Of a stretch of 64,000 bases of DNA, positions 45,937 through 60,855 are shown one piece after another (position 1 is the first letter of the stretch; each line of letters begins with the position of its first letter). Below the pieces are notes generated by a model. The model did no database searches and was not told the DNA's origin. It saw only the letters and a program-made list of their open reading frames with translations. Origin of the DNA: the human T2T-CHM13v2.0 reference genome, Homo sapiens. The translations under genes were made by a program, and so were the position numbers. The stretch is taken from the NCBI RefSeq assembly GCF_009914755.1, contig NC_060927.1. One strand, 5' to 3'.

Positions 45937-47184
45937 CTGAAAACCAAACAAAGAATGGTTAGCACAAGAACAGGACGTTTCATTTTTATGTCAGAATCAG
46001 ACCCTAATTGAGGCTGCTAGGAAAAAAAGGAATACAAATGAATTCACAATAATATTGCTGGAGAAAAGTAAAGTAAGAAAAAAAACCCCGCAAACCTTTT
46101 TTCCTTTTATTCCTTTTTTATTGACAAGTTCACATGTTCTACAAAGGATACTGCCAGCATCTCTATTCTCTTTAATCCTGGGCCTTCTTTGTCTGCACCT
46201 AAATCTTAGTACATGATTCTGAGATTCTAATTTTTCCTCCTTTCCATCACAAAATAGTTGCGTGCATTCTGAGAAAGGGCATAGGTAAAACACATAGGAC
46301 GTGGCTTCTGTTTTCTCACAGCTCAAAATCTAGCCAATGAGAAGATAAAGTATAGAAAGGTGGCATTATAGAAGTGGTAAATCAGGGGACAATGGTGTTT
46401 CAGAATTTCAGAGGTGGGTGAAACAGGCATGAACTAGGGAGGTCAGGGGCAACATGGAAGAAGTGTGATTTGAACCCGGGCTAGGAGAGAATTTAGACAC
46501 AGAAAGAATGAGGACATGCCAGGAAGGATAAGAGGTACAGGTGAGGGAGGTAGGACTACAGAAGATAGCAAGTAGGTCAGTCTTACTATCACAGAGGGAA
46601 TAATGGGAGATAAGGTAGGGGAATTAGTTTAGGGACAGCGGACTTCAGAATAAGAATCTAGATTTTATCTGGTAGGCACTAGGAGTTGTTGAGAAATTCT
46701 AAGTAGGGGGATGGTTAAAATAGTGGTATCGAGAGAGTCTGAGAAGGACAGGAGATACTTGCAAAGGTCCACTTATTAAACGTTAAGATATAAATAGGAA
46801 GGTATAATAAACAAAAGCAATGGGCAGAGTCAAGAAGGATGGCATCTATCCAGACTCAGTATGAGATTTCCTATTAAGAGCAGAGTAGATGGAAATGATG
46901 TGAAGCTTTTGGGCTTCACATTAGGAAACTACTGGTATTTGCTGTGAACAAGGCAGGACTGGGAAATAGAAAGAGAGATCCTTTCAGGAAAACTGGAAAC
47001 TATAAAAGGCCACTTGATAGTCATTAGTAGGTTATGCATGTCCTATCAGAGTAAAGTTTCAGTAAAGTGGTGACAGAAAGAGCTGGGTTTGAGTGGATTA
47101 AAGAATGGATAGGATGTAAGGAAAACTGATACAATAGGCAAAACCAATCACTCAAATTTGGCTATTAAACACAGAAGAGAAAAT

Positions 47185-47760
47185 GAATTGGCAACCACTT
47201 CACACTCTCTGGAATGGCTGTAAAAATAATGATAAAAAAGCAAAACAAGTGTTGGGAAAGATAAAAAGAAATTGGAACCCTCATACAATGCTGGTGGGAA
47301 TGCAAAATAGTACAGCTGCTATGGAAAATAGTTTGACAACTCCTCAAAAAGTTAAACACAGGGTTACCATATAACCCAGCAATTCTACTCCTAGGTATAC
47401 CCAAGAGTATTGAAAACATATGTACACACAAAACTTGTACATGAATGTTCAAAGTAGCATTACTTATAATAGCCAACAAAGCAGAAACAACCCAAATGTC
47501 CATCAACTGATGAACAGATAAACAAAATGTTGTATATCCATACAATGGAATATTATTCAGCCATAAAAAAGAAATGAAGTGCTAGTAACATTCTATGACG
47601 TGGATGACCCTTGAATACATTATGCTATGTGAAAGAAGTCAGACACAGAAGGCCCTGTATTATAATATTGCACTGTGTGAAATGTCCAGAATGGGCAAAT
47701 CTAGAGATAGAAAAAGATTAGTTGTTGTCAGGGGCTGTGGGGAGAGGGGAATGCAGAGTG
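47185..47760 (+). mobile_element. L1MB-like 3' fragment
   Basis: GCTGGTGGGAATGCAAAATAGTACAGC...ATGGAATATTATTCAGCCATAAAAAAG. Confidence 0.8.
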
Positions 47761-48523
47761 ACTAACAGGTTGAGGCAACTCAGTCAAGTGAAATTGTTTG
47801 AGTTGATAGTACTTGAGTGAAGGAAGCAGGAAAAGAGCCAGTGAGATGGGTACAATGGATGGAAGACAGGCAAGGGAGAGGGATAATCGAGAGAATAAAA
47901 TCTTCTTAAGTGACTAAGAAAACCTTTCAAATTATTAATGAAATATCAGACAGCAAGTGCCAATGTTGAAAAGGAAATTTTCCTCACTGGGAAGCAGCAC
48001 TATGTACAGTACCTTTGGAAATGTTTCAGAGTTAGTAATTTATGAAAACAACATCCATTTTTGCTTAAAAGCAAACATTCTCGGTTCCTTCTGCCCGTTG
48101 GCCCACACCTGGAGGCATTCCGACCTGTGTTTATGTGTCTGGGTTCAGTGCTATCATAATTGAACAGATACTAACTGTGATTAAATGTTCCAGAGATGCT
48201 CGAGTACCCATGCCTTGAACATTTTCTCCTGACCTAAATGAAAATGACTCTTGTAGACTGTCTTCCTCCAAAGTCCATTCTCCTCTTTACCAATAGGAGG
48301 AGCTGTGTTCCCTCTTGCCATTTCCTTTCCAGGACCTGTGAAGCAGAGGTGTATGTGTCTGAAGCCTACAACTGGGGAAGCTACCTTCCAACAGCAGAGC
48401 AGAGGGAAGGAAGCCATTCTCATTTGCACTGCGCAGGGAGGGGAAGCACACAGCATAAGGACTTGAGAGAGTTACAGCTGTGGTGTCCCCTGGCAGGTCA
48501 TTAATGTTTTAAAGCCCTATTAC

Positions 48524-48695
48524 CTGTCCTGGGCTCAGTGTAACCGCATGTCTTTGAGCTTTCCGGAACTGAGGAAAACGCTTTAAATCAGGATTGACAA
48601 CATTGATTTTACTGAACACACTAGATTCTTCATAAGGGATTCTAGTTGGATAAAGGAAAGGAGTATCTTCAGGAGGAAAGAGATGCCATCGTTTC
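48524..48695 (-). CDS. HSPBAP1: HSPBAP1 coding exon (JmjC)
   Basis: ttag|G...CAG|gtaat; KRWHLFPPEDTPFLYPTRIPYEESSVFSKINVVNPDLKRFPQFRKAQRHAVTLSPGQ. Confidence 0.95.
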
Positions 48696-48904
48696 CTAAT
48701 TAAAAAAAAAAAAAAAAGATAAAAGTTAGTACTCTGACCTTAAGACAAAACATGGAAGAAGACAAAAGCTAAGTGTTCATTTTTACTTGTTTAAATTCAA
48801 TCCCTAAGGGAATATAGGCACCATCAGTGGTCACCTGTCCATCTCTGACTCAGCGCTAGAATCCCTCTGCAGATACCGGGTGGAAGGTTGTGTAGCAACT
48901 AAGG

Positions 48905-48944
48905 GGCTGCCTCATGGATGTCTCAGGACATCCATGAGGCAGCC
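48905..48944. repeat. Perfect 18-bp inverted repeat with 4-nt loop
   Basis: GGCTGCCTCATGGATGTC-TCAG-GACATCCATGAGGCAGCC. Confidence 0.95.
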
Positions 48945-49667
48945 TCTTACATTGCTAGGATAGAATCTAGTTCATAAGATCATTCTTTCTTATCTCAAAT
49001 CAAAGTCTGCCTTCTCATAAATAGTTTTCATCCCTGACTCTAGAGCTATTCACAATAACCCCCACCCTTTCAAATATCTGTATTCTTATCTTATTCAGAG
49101 CAAACACTCATAGTTCTATCCACCAAATAGTTTCCAGACTTCTCCCTGTTTGGGTTATAAATTCCTTAAGTTAAACATTTGTTAAGTTGATCCATTAGGG
49201 AGTGGACATGCACAAATAATGCCACATAAATAAAGCAGTATAATATAGGAATTTTCAAAGAAAACTGTTAAAATGTTTGTCATTTAAAACAGTTTTGAAA
49301 ATGGAGGTAATAAATTCTAACTCACAAAACACTAGACACTCCTATGCTTTATGCCAATAGAGGGAAGACATCTGAGGCAAAAGCGAGAGAAGTATGAGAA
49401 AAAAATGAGACCCAGACATCTAGATGTCTAGATGGGGAGGCAAAGAGAAAAGAGGGAAAAACCTAGTTCTGAGAAAAGAAGCCCAAAGCCCTCTAGTGAC
49501 CCCTTGCAGTTGTTAGAATGGGGCTATCAAGTCCTTTCAGAACCAAGAAACAGCGGCTGCTGTTTTCGAACTAAGAAGTATATGCTGAAGTCTTATTTTG
49601 CTTTGGAAATTTGAAGGTTTTATAGAAATAGTGAAATTCTTTACTCTTCAGTAAACATTTACATTCA

Positions 49668-49982
<315 letters not shown>

Positions 49983-51897
49983 TCATTTCGGAGCTATAAG
50001 GCAGCCTATCAATTTACACGGCCATCAGCTTAAAAACCATTGAGGTTCAAAAGCTGTTTGCCTAATCTTAAAGCTTTAACTTAATTTAAGCTTTAAGAGC
50101 TGCTCCATTCCACTGTATGATTAGTTTGAAAGCAGTTTTCAGTATTGATATGCTTCGAATGTTAGAGTTGGAAGGGCTCTGAAGAGATCATCAGTTTAAT
50201 TTCATTTCCAAAGTAGTGGCAGAAAGACTCAGAGCTTGCCCAGTGTCACTCACTGGGGTAGTGGTGGATTCAGAGCTAGGTCACAGATCTCCTGGCTTCT
50301 CCAGATCCCAGTTCCTTCCCCTGCACCACAGCAATATTTCCCAAAGGAACAGCCATAATGATAACCATCCCATCCAATCTGCTTTGTTTGGGTTAAAAAA
50401 TGTAAAATGCATGAATCCTTCTATTAGAAAAGGTATTCAATCATCATGTGATCTCCTGCTTTAAAAACTTCTCATGGTTCTGGATGCTGAAAGAACAGAG
50501 AATAACAGTGTCTGCCTGGAAGTCAAGACCCTGGGGACTCAACCTACCTGCCTTTCTGGTCTACTCCCTCTGTCTCCAATGCACAACATATACTGGACAA
50601 CTCAAGGGGTCCTCTCTACACCCCATGCTTTCTCAGGGTCCCTCTGCCCTTCCCATCTGGGTCTTTTGAGCACTTATCCATCCTTCAAGGCCCACCACAA
50701 ATGGCAGCTCCTCTGTGAAATCTTCCCTGATCTTTACAACAGGAACATGATCTCTTCTACTTTTTAGTCCCACAGCTCTGTGAAACCTTCCTCTAGAGCA
50801 TGGGTATTCTGCCTTGTATCATGGATGTCTGTCGGCTTGCCTTGCACTCTGGCTGTAAACTCCCATCATAGAGAGGGTGTCTTACTCCCTCACCTCTGTA
50901 CCTACTGTAACACATGGTCCCTGTACAGAAGAATACTCAATGGATATTTACTAAAGCTATTTTATTATTCCAGAGTTATATAAGGCCAGAAAATGTCTTA
51001 TTACAAAGTTAAAATAAAGTGATATTAACTTTATATCATAGAGAGAATTCAGGTATTTTTTGATGTTTTTCCAACTTGAATTTCTTTGGCTTGTTTCCAA
51101 TTCAGAACACATGGACAGCAGCTACTTAAAATGTTGTCTCTCTTACCAAGTTTAAGGTTTCAGCCTGTTAACTCCACAAGGATAGAGACCACACTCATCT
51201 GATTGACTCTTGCATCCACAGCGTGTAGCTATGTACCTGACACATTCTATGCCCTTTAATAAAGACGGAATGCATCAGAGAGTGGACTAACTTCTACCAT
51301 TCTGTAATTCTCAGAGTTCTTCACATGTGAAATGTATCCACAGACATACTGACTATTTCTCCTGAATCTGCTCATAATCCTTTTCACATCTAATAGGTCT
51401 GAGAACTTGCACATGACCTTTTCTGTTTTACTCTCTGTGCTGCCCTGTAAATGTCCCACATGACCAGGAGAAAAGACTGGGGCATCATTAATTAGGGGAA
51501 AATAAGGCTGCACATACATCTGAGTACATCCTCCAAGTGGCACAAACACTTAGACTCTCATAGAACTCCAGAAACCAGGTATATCAAAAGCACTGCCTAT
51601 CCCTCGTATCTTCTAGAGTCCACAGATAGATGGAGACAAAAACTGACCTAAGGTAACAATACACTGTATTGTGTCAAGTAGGCACAAACTAAAATTTAGA
51701 GTTGAAAGCGTCCAGTATTTTTCAAACCAGGATCGCTGGCATCCCTTGGAGAGGAGCTTGAGGGCAACAGTGAAGCCTCTTCCTTTCAACAAACTGCTCT
51801 GCTCTTATTTATTTAGATTTGAAGAAAGGGTGTTCCCATTTTTAAATAAAAGTTTGAAAACTACAAACTCTTATGTAAAAAAGAAAAGCTAAGCATA

Positions 51898-52181
51898 GGC
51901 TGGGCATAGTGGCTCACACCAGAACTTTGAGAGGCCAAGGCAGGAGTATGGTTTGAGGCCATACTCGGGCAACATAGAAAGACTCCATCTCTAAATAAAA
52001 AGTTTTTTAAATTAGCTGGGCATACTGGCACACACCTGTAGTCCTAGATACTTGAGAGGCTGCGGCAGGAGGATGGCTTGAGGTCCAGGAGCTATGATCA
52101 TGCCATTGCACTCCAGCCTGGGCAACAGAGCAAGACTGTCTCAAATGTCTCTAATTTACCAAAAAAAAAAAAAAAAAAAAA
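51898..52181 (+). mobile_element. AluJ-like SINE (deleted)
   Basis: GGCTGGGCATAGTGGCTCAC start, A-tail. Confidence 0.85.
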
Positions 52182-52449
52182 GACCAAGCAGAGAGCTGTC
52201 TAGCTGACCTGGAAGTGGAATCTCAGAGTTCTAGAATAAACTCTCTGAAGACAATCCTGATCATGACAAGGCACGCACCTGTAAACCACCATTTTAACTG
52301 TCCTCATTTCACAGAGGAGAAACCAAAACCAGAGGTTAAGAGGTCTGCCCTAATCATGAGGCAGGCTGACAGGATGGGGCTGGGACTACACCTTGGGGTA
52401 TTGCCCTATTCTCTCTGCCACCCCTATTGCATGCATGCACATGTGCGTT

Positions 52450-52450
<1 letters not shown>

Positions 52451-52486
<36 letters not shown>
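52451..52486. repeat. (CA)18 microsatellite abutting an HSPBAP1 splice donor
   Basis: 36 nt of CA repeat, 4 nt from the exon boundary at 52491. Confidence 0.95.
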
Positions 52487-52487
<1 letters not shown>

Positions 52488-52490
52488 TAC

Positions 52491-52627
52491 CTTCCTTGTA
52501 CCTGGAATACCAAGTTACAACCATAGGAGTCCAGATGACAGGGTGTGTGGGCTCCCAAGGAGCCAATCCACAATGTACTTTCCTGTCCATTTCTTCCAGG
52601 AAACCCGAAGTCAGACCATTTCACATC
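52491..52627 (-). CDS. HSPBAP1: HSPBAP1 coding exon (JmjC HxD motif)
   Basis: acag|GAT...AAG|gtaat; DVKWSDFGFPGRNGQESTLWIGSLGAHTPCHLDSYGCNLVFQVQGR. Confidence 0.95.
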
Positions 52628-54752
52628 CTGTTTTGAAATAAAGTTGCAATCCATCAAGAACTAACCAACTTCTCTGTATGGTAATGCTGCCCATTTTCAC
52701 TTGCACATCTGTTATTTAGCAGTTGGAATATTCTATTATGGAAAATGCTACAGATGGAAGAGGTTAGGTTTCCAGGGCAGTTCAAGAAATCTTTTTAGCC
52801 AATAACATATTTGAATAACCACACTAATAGTAATCATTCAACAAATATTTACTGACTACTTACAACATGCCAGGCACTGTTCTGGAAGCTTGTAATGAAT
52901 CAATGAACAAAAGAGACAAAATGCCTACTCGGATGAAGCTTACATTTCAGAGTTGGAAACAGACAATAAACAGACAGGATTATGCTGATATTTAGGGAAA
53001 GCGTGTTTTGGGCAGTTAGAACAGTGAATGCAGCGGAAATGGCATTATTTCAAATATCTCTGAGACACAACCGAAGAAGTCAGAAAGCCGTATTTCCTCT
53101 AAGCAGTGCAGATATTTGTGTACATACGCAACTTACTAACTTTGTGTACTTCAATGACCACATAAATGAAGACTTCTCCTACATTAGTGGGGTTACTTAA
53201 AACTATCAATGCTGGAGCCTTAGCTCATACCTACTAGATCAGTCTTCAGATGAGGGTGTCAAAATACATCTTTTGAAATATACATCCATGGATGGCTTTC
53301 AATATACTCCCCAAAGTCATGAACTTCTTAAGTGCAATGATCTTTAGAACAGAGACAGCATAGTGCTCTGGACTTAAGACTCTCCATATGCCTGGTTCTG
53401 TGAGCAAATCCTGCCCAAGTCAACTACTGGGAAAAGCCTATACTTTTAGAAGCCGATGGCGCATTTGCAGCACAGAAAAATAGGGTCACACATAAACCCA
53501 AATCCATGTGATTAAACAGATTTATAAGCTAGAAAAGAAAAAAAAATACTAGTGAACCAGGCATGATGGCTCTGCCTTATTTTTATTTTAATCATGAGGT
53601 TTTCCTTTCAGTTTTAAAAAATAAAAGCAAAAAAAAAAACACCCCACTTCTATGTGCAGAACATCGTTCTCAATGCTGACACTCCTTTTATCAGTAACTA
53701 CAGTCTAAATTTTCTATTTTTAGAGGGAAAACATTAACAGCTGTATTCAAAGAGAAAGGATTTTAAAGAGAAATTTAATGGATGGTTTTGAGGAAGACTA
53801 GAAAGAGCATTTTTTTTTTCATTTTTGCTTTGAGTGATGAAAATGGCTGAATACGTGCACATAATTAATGTCTGTCATAGAAGGGGGAATTTTTGCAAGG
53901 TCAGCACCACTGTAAATGCACATGGCTCACATGTGGCAGTTCCAGTGGGTGGCAAAAATCCTGTTCTCTCTGCATGTAGCCTATAAGCTCCATACTGGGA
54001 GCTTACCCCTGTTTTCTCAATGCCTAATTTAGTACCTGGCTCAGGGTTACAGCTTGGAACACACTGGCTGCTTGGGAGGGAAAGAAGAATCTGTTGACTT
54101 ATGACGGTTAAAATAGTTCAGGCCAATGACATTTTTGAGTACCTACCATATACGTGGTATGATGCTGGGTGCTGGGGATACAAAAATTAATATAACACAG
54201 GCCAACCCTTCAAGTCTAATAATGAGTGATAATCCCATAAACAGAGCCTTTCAATATGATGTAACAAGCGCTCTGACACAAGTATGCAGGGAATGCTTTA
54301 AGATCACAGCAGGAGGGCCCTGCACCCAGCCAGGGAGCTTAGGGGAGGCTTCCAATTAACCTGGTCCTTGTTGAACAATTTACCACACCTCAGTCTGAGG
54401 AATTTAACTAAAGGTAGCTGAAAGCCATTCAGTATAAAAAGGAAAAAAGAGAGACTTGCCTTAGCTAAGAAGAGATAGGTCATGTGATTCTTAATCTTAT
54501 AGATACATCCCTTCAGGAATCTAATGAATACCAAAGCCCCTTCTCCTCAGAAAAAAGCACACACGAAACTTTATATATACTTTCAAAGAGGTGACAGACC
54601 AACCCCACATGAAAAACCCTGTTCTAGAGCCCTGCTTTGGAAAGAATCACTGAAGGTTTTTCTACAGGGTGAGGTTACTGTATGAGAAACTGAGGAGAGA
54701 CTTCCCTGGCCTCCTGTCTAACAGTAATAATGACTTAAAAAGCAAAACTGTC

Positions 54753-55078
54753 AGCCAGGTGCAGTGGCTCATGCCTGTAATCCCAGCACTCTGGGAGGCT
54801 GAGGTGGGAGGACTGCCTGGGTCCAGGAGTTCAAGACCAGCGTGGGCAATGTTTGGTGAGGCTCTGTCTCTACAAAAAGGTTTTTTTTTTTTTTTTTAAC
54901 AAATTGGCTGGGCGTGGTGGCATGCACCTGTGGTCCCAGCTACTTGGGAGGCTGAGAAGGGAGGATCACTTGAGCTTGGGAGGTCAAGGCTTCAGGGAGC
55001 TATGTTTGCACCACAGCACTCCAGCCTGAGTGCCTGAGTGACAGAGCAAGACCTTGTCTCAAAAAAAAAAAAAAAAAA
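54753..55078 (+). mobile_element. AluJ-like SINE with TSD AAAAGCAAAA(C/T)TGTCA
   Basis: Dimer, A-tail, flanking duplication. Confidence 0.9.
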
Positions 55079-55859
55079 GCAAAATTGTCAGTGTAAAAAT
55101 AGACAGCATTGAGAGTTGGGATTCTCTTCCCAATTAAGTTCAGCCACTTATGGGTAGTCAAATGTCTGAAGTCAATGTGGGCCCAGGAATCTGTCTTGAG
55201 TCTTGCTAGAAACAGGAGGCCCTGTTTGAGTGCTACATCTGTAAAACCAAAAAGGGTGATCAGTGGGGTGATCTGTTCTGGAGTCTACTCATACATACCT
55301 CAAGAGTTGGAAAAATCTTTAAAAATCATCTATTCTCAGCAAGTTCTATTCTACACCATCCCTGAAAAGAGCGACAAGTAGCTAGCTAGTTGACCACTTA
55401 CTACAAAATCAGTATCTACTTCCTGGTAGCTTACAGAGGAGGGTCCTAGATCTGCTTTCTATAACTAAAGAGAACAAGTTTATTTCCTGCCAAAAATTGC
55501 TATTTTTATCAGAAAACTGTCCAACTTCTCCTTTATCTTTTTTTTTTTTTAACCTAGACACAGCAGCATTAACTTTTCCTTCCAATTGCTCTTCTCTCAA
55601 TTTCCTTTACTTTGTCAACAGCCCTAAAGCCTGGCTCCCAAACTGAACCCCAGATACAGTCTACACAGAACCTGTATCCATGGAATTGTAACATTCCATG
55701 ACCCGCACATCATACCATTAATGCACTGTCAGACGGCACTTTTCTTTTTAAGCAACTAAATTATACCAAGGCTAATATTGGGCCTCCCTGTCTCTTACTT
55801 GCAGACTGTTGCTTAGCATATCTCTTCAGCCTTGACTTATAGTCAAGGACTAGCCTAAT

Positions 55860-56440
55860 ATTTCCTAATTTTCCTTGTGATTTACTATTTGACTTATGGA
55901 TTATTTGGAAGTGTAATGTTTAATTTCAAATTTTTGGGGATTTTTCAGCTATCTTTTTGTCATGAATTTTTAATTTAATTCTGTTGTGGTGAGAGAACAT
56001 AATTTGTATGAGTTAAATCCTTTTAAATTATTGAAACTTGTTTTATGGCCCAGAATATAATCAATCTTGATAAAGATTCCATATGCACTTGGAAATAGTG
56101 TTTTCTGTTGTTGGGTGGAGTGTTTTATAAATGTCAATTAAATCAAGTTGATTGTTCAAGTCTCCTGTATCCTTACTGATTTTCTGTATATTTGTTTTAC
56201 CCATTATAGAGACAGAGGTATTGAAATCCCCCTACTATAATTGTGTATTTGTGTTTTTCTCATTTTAGGTTGGTCAGTTTTGTTCATGTATTTTGAAACT
56301 GTTATTGGGTTCATACACATCTGGGATTATTATATCAGCTTGGTGAAGTGACCTTTTATTGTGATGAAATACCCTCTCTACCTTGGGTTTACTTGTTCTG
56401 ATGTTAACTATGTCTGTCTCCTCCTTTGATTAGTGTTAGC
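55860..56440 (-). mobile_element. L1M fragment (endonuclease region)
   Basis: GGATTATTTGGAAGTGT..TTTAATTTC..ATTGAAACTTGTTTTATGGCCCAG pattern. Confidence 0.65.
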
Positions 56441-58546
56441 ATGAAAAAGGAGTACTTACTATATGATTCCATTTTTATGAAATTCTAGAACTGCCAAACT
56501 AACCTGCAGTGACAGAAAGTAGATCAGTGGTGTCTGAGAATGAGGGTGTAGGGAGAGACAGGTTAGGAAGGGACACTGGGAACCTTCTGGACATGATCAA
56601 AATGTCTGTCATCTTGAATGTGGTGATGGTTTCTTGGGTGTAGGTATATGTAAAACTTAATCAAACTGTTCACGTTAAATATATGCTGTTTATTACATAT
56701 CAGTTATACCCCAATAAAGCTGTGTGTGTTTTTTTTTTAATACAATACTATTAGTACACTTTGGTCCCACTGTCTCGACACTAGCAGTTTTGTTCACCAT
56801 TGCATTTGTATTATCAGTGCAAATGTCAACACTGTGAAATAAGCAAGTATCATCTTAGAAGTATTATGAAAATAATTTTGATCTCAAAGATCCTCTGAAA
56901 GGGTGTCAGGGACCCCCAGGGGTCTATGGGCCACTCTGGTTTACAACATCACAACTGTAATTACTCTATTTTTTTCTGTTCTGACTCCTCCTCTAAGTAA
57001 TTCTAAAACAGTTTCTTATGAAAATACATTTTAAATCATACTCCAGATTAAAATTAAAATACTTTAATCATGTTCACAAACATTTTATAAGTTAAAATTA
57101 TATAAGGATAGCATTTAAGACCCTCCCAAGTATGGCTGATGCCGCCTGTCTGCTCCACGCAAGGCCCTGTCCAATCTCCCCACTGACCTATGTTCTCTCT
57201 TCCCTCCTGGCCTCTGCTCATGCCCCCTTCAATTTCTGCCTGTTAAAGTTCTATGTTTTAGGGCCTGGCTCAGGTTCAGCCTTGGCTATGAAGCCTTCTC
57301 AACCGCTTGTCCCCATATCCATCTGTCCCTTGCCTTCCTTCCTATATGTTTTATTTGGATTACTATTTAAATGGTAAGCAACACAGAACGTTTGTGTTCT
57401 GTTCCTTTAACAATATTGTAAGCTCTTTGGGCAATGTTTTATAATTTTTTATTCCTGCAAACTGCTAACATAGTGCTGAATACATAATAGGTATTTGAAT
57501 GATTATATAAGTGGATTTTTTCCTACTCTATTTCTTGTTTTGATATTTCTCTGGTCTTTAGGACCCCTCAGAGAATGTTTTGACTTAAACCCCTAGCTTC
57601 ACCTTTGTCAAATTTTCTGTGGCTTCTAGTTAATCAGTGTAGCATTTGTCAGCCTTGGTAAGAAATTCTTAATCTCTCTGGCCCTCTACTAGTTTTTTAA
57701 GTTTTTACTTATAGCCTCTACTTGAAGTTTCCTCTTATTAACTCTTTTCTTCCACAAATTAAATTCATCCATGAAAAATATGTACATTGATAAACATACT
57801 AATATGATTGGAAAATATCCTGTAGCCTTGAGATGGCCTAAAAGTATGATTTTGACACTTAACTGACTTTTGTGTATAGCAAATAAAATTAATCTTATTA
57901 TTTTTTAGTTATACATCATATCATTGACTAAATAAAGCATTTGTTTTGAACATTTTGTTCTCTACTTTCCTAGAAAGGTAGGGAATTTGTGACAGTACAA
58001 AACAAAATTTCTTGCTCTCAGACTCATTAGGTAAGAATGACAAGTTTTACCTTTTGCAATTATCGTAAGTATCATCATAATTGAAGTTATTAAGAATCAA
58101 CATGTAACAAAAGGGATTTTGCCCCAAGGATGCTTCTCAGGTAGATTCCATTTGATATTGTGATTTGAATTGGCTACTGAAGGTCAGGAGCCTCGTTAAG
58201 TCACCAGGACACAGAATCCCAAAATACAGTAGATGGAAGATTAGTTGTAACATGTCTTGGACTTTAAAACATAGCTATGAGAGCATGTTGAAATTGAGGC
58301 AGGTGATTTGGTAATGAATAATGGCGTCTGATGGCCAGTGATGCTTTCTGATGAGACAAGTTGGAATGTAAGAATTAAGGTGTTTATCAAGCCTTTTCTG
58401 TTTATGTACCTAAGGTAATTTTTCTAAGGAAAAAGAGACTCAGACAATTGCTAATGTATAATGTCCATTTAAGGGGCTGTTTGAAATTTGGATTGAAATA
58501 TTTATCCTTCGTAAGTTTTGGATAGTAATTATAGTTAATTATATTA

Positions 58547-59540
<994 letters not shown>

Positions 59541-60522
59541 CCATTTTATGACAGATATAAGAAAGCTTGAAACAGCAAGTAATAAGACTTGGTGGCTGAA
59601 TGAATTAAACCAACACAGGTACCTGTGATGTAAGAAGACTTGGTGCCCAGAAAATTTTGAGACAAAAGATGATATAATCTTAATGGACTTGGTTATTCAT
59701 AGCAGAATTAATTGCCATAATATGAGCTGACAGAAAACTCATTCAACTCAAAATATCAGATTTTATAAGGGCTCAGTCAGAATTCCAGCACATTGCCAAA
59801 AGGCTGCCCTTTATATCCGCACTTAATGGACAGGTCACATACTGCACAGTACTGCCTTGCCTGGGATGGGACAGAACTACTAATGGAGTCAGATCAAACA
59901 CTCATCCAAGGCAGAGTGAGCCTACACTCAGGACAGAGAGTCCCAACAGGACCGAATGTATGCACACGCTCTGTAGGCACAGCAGTAATTAAAGCTCTGT
60001 AGTAGTTAAAGCTCTGAAGGCAGACTATTTGGGTTACCCCTTCCTTGTTGTATAATCTTAGAAAAGGTTTACTTAACCTCTTTGGGTTTCATTTTTCTTA
60101 AAATGGGGACAATTATTAAATCATAGAGTTACTTTGAGGATTATAAGTGTAAAACATTAGAAAAATTCCCCCAAAAAGTAAGTACATGATCAATGTTACT
60201 ATTAAGCAATATTTTACCTGAAATATGGAGTAAAGTACTAGTCTAATTTACGGAATGGTGGGGCGTGGGTATGAGAAACATAACAAAACACTTTTAAAGT
60301 TAACTATGAAACCTGTAAGTTCCATAATTAAAGAACCATAAAGTGATCACAATTAAGGTTGTAAGAAAAAACATCTACCTTAAAATTATCATTTAAAAAT
60401 GAGTAAATAGTAGATTTGGTATTGACTTTGAATTCAGAGTCATTTACTGAATGTTTTTAAAACCTATGCATTTCTTTCATGGGTATGAGAATGAAAATAC
60501 ATTCTCAACTAACAACTATGAC

Positions 60523-60855
60523 AGGACGGGCACAGTGGCTCACGCCTGTAATCCCAGCACTTTGGGCGGCCGAGGCTGGTGGATCACTTAAAGTCGGGAA
60601 TTTGAGACCACCCTGGCCAACATGGTAAAACCCTGTCTCTACAAAACAATACAAAAATTAGCTGGGCATGGCGGCAGTCACCTGTAATCCCAGCTACTGG
60701 GGTCAGGGTGTGGGTGATGGCTGTGGCAGGAGAATTGCTTGAACCTGGGAGGAGGCAGAGGTTGCAGGGAGTCGTAATTGCGCCACTGCATTCCAGCCTG
60801 GGTGACAGAGTGAGACTCCATCTCAAAACAACAATGACAACAACAACAAAAAAAA
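60523..60855 (+). mobile_element. Alu with TSD AACAACTATG and a G-rich internal insertion
   Basis: Dimer; extra GGGGTCAGGGTGTGGGTGATGG in the right arm. Confidence 0.88.
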
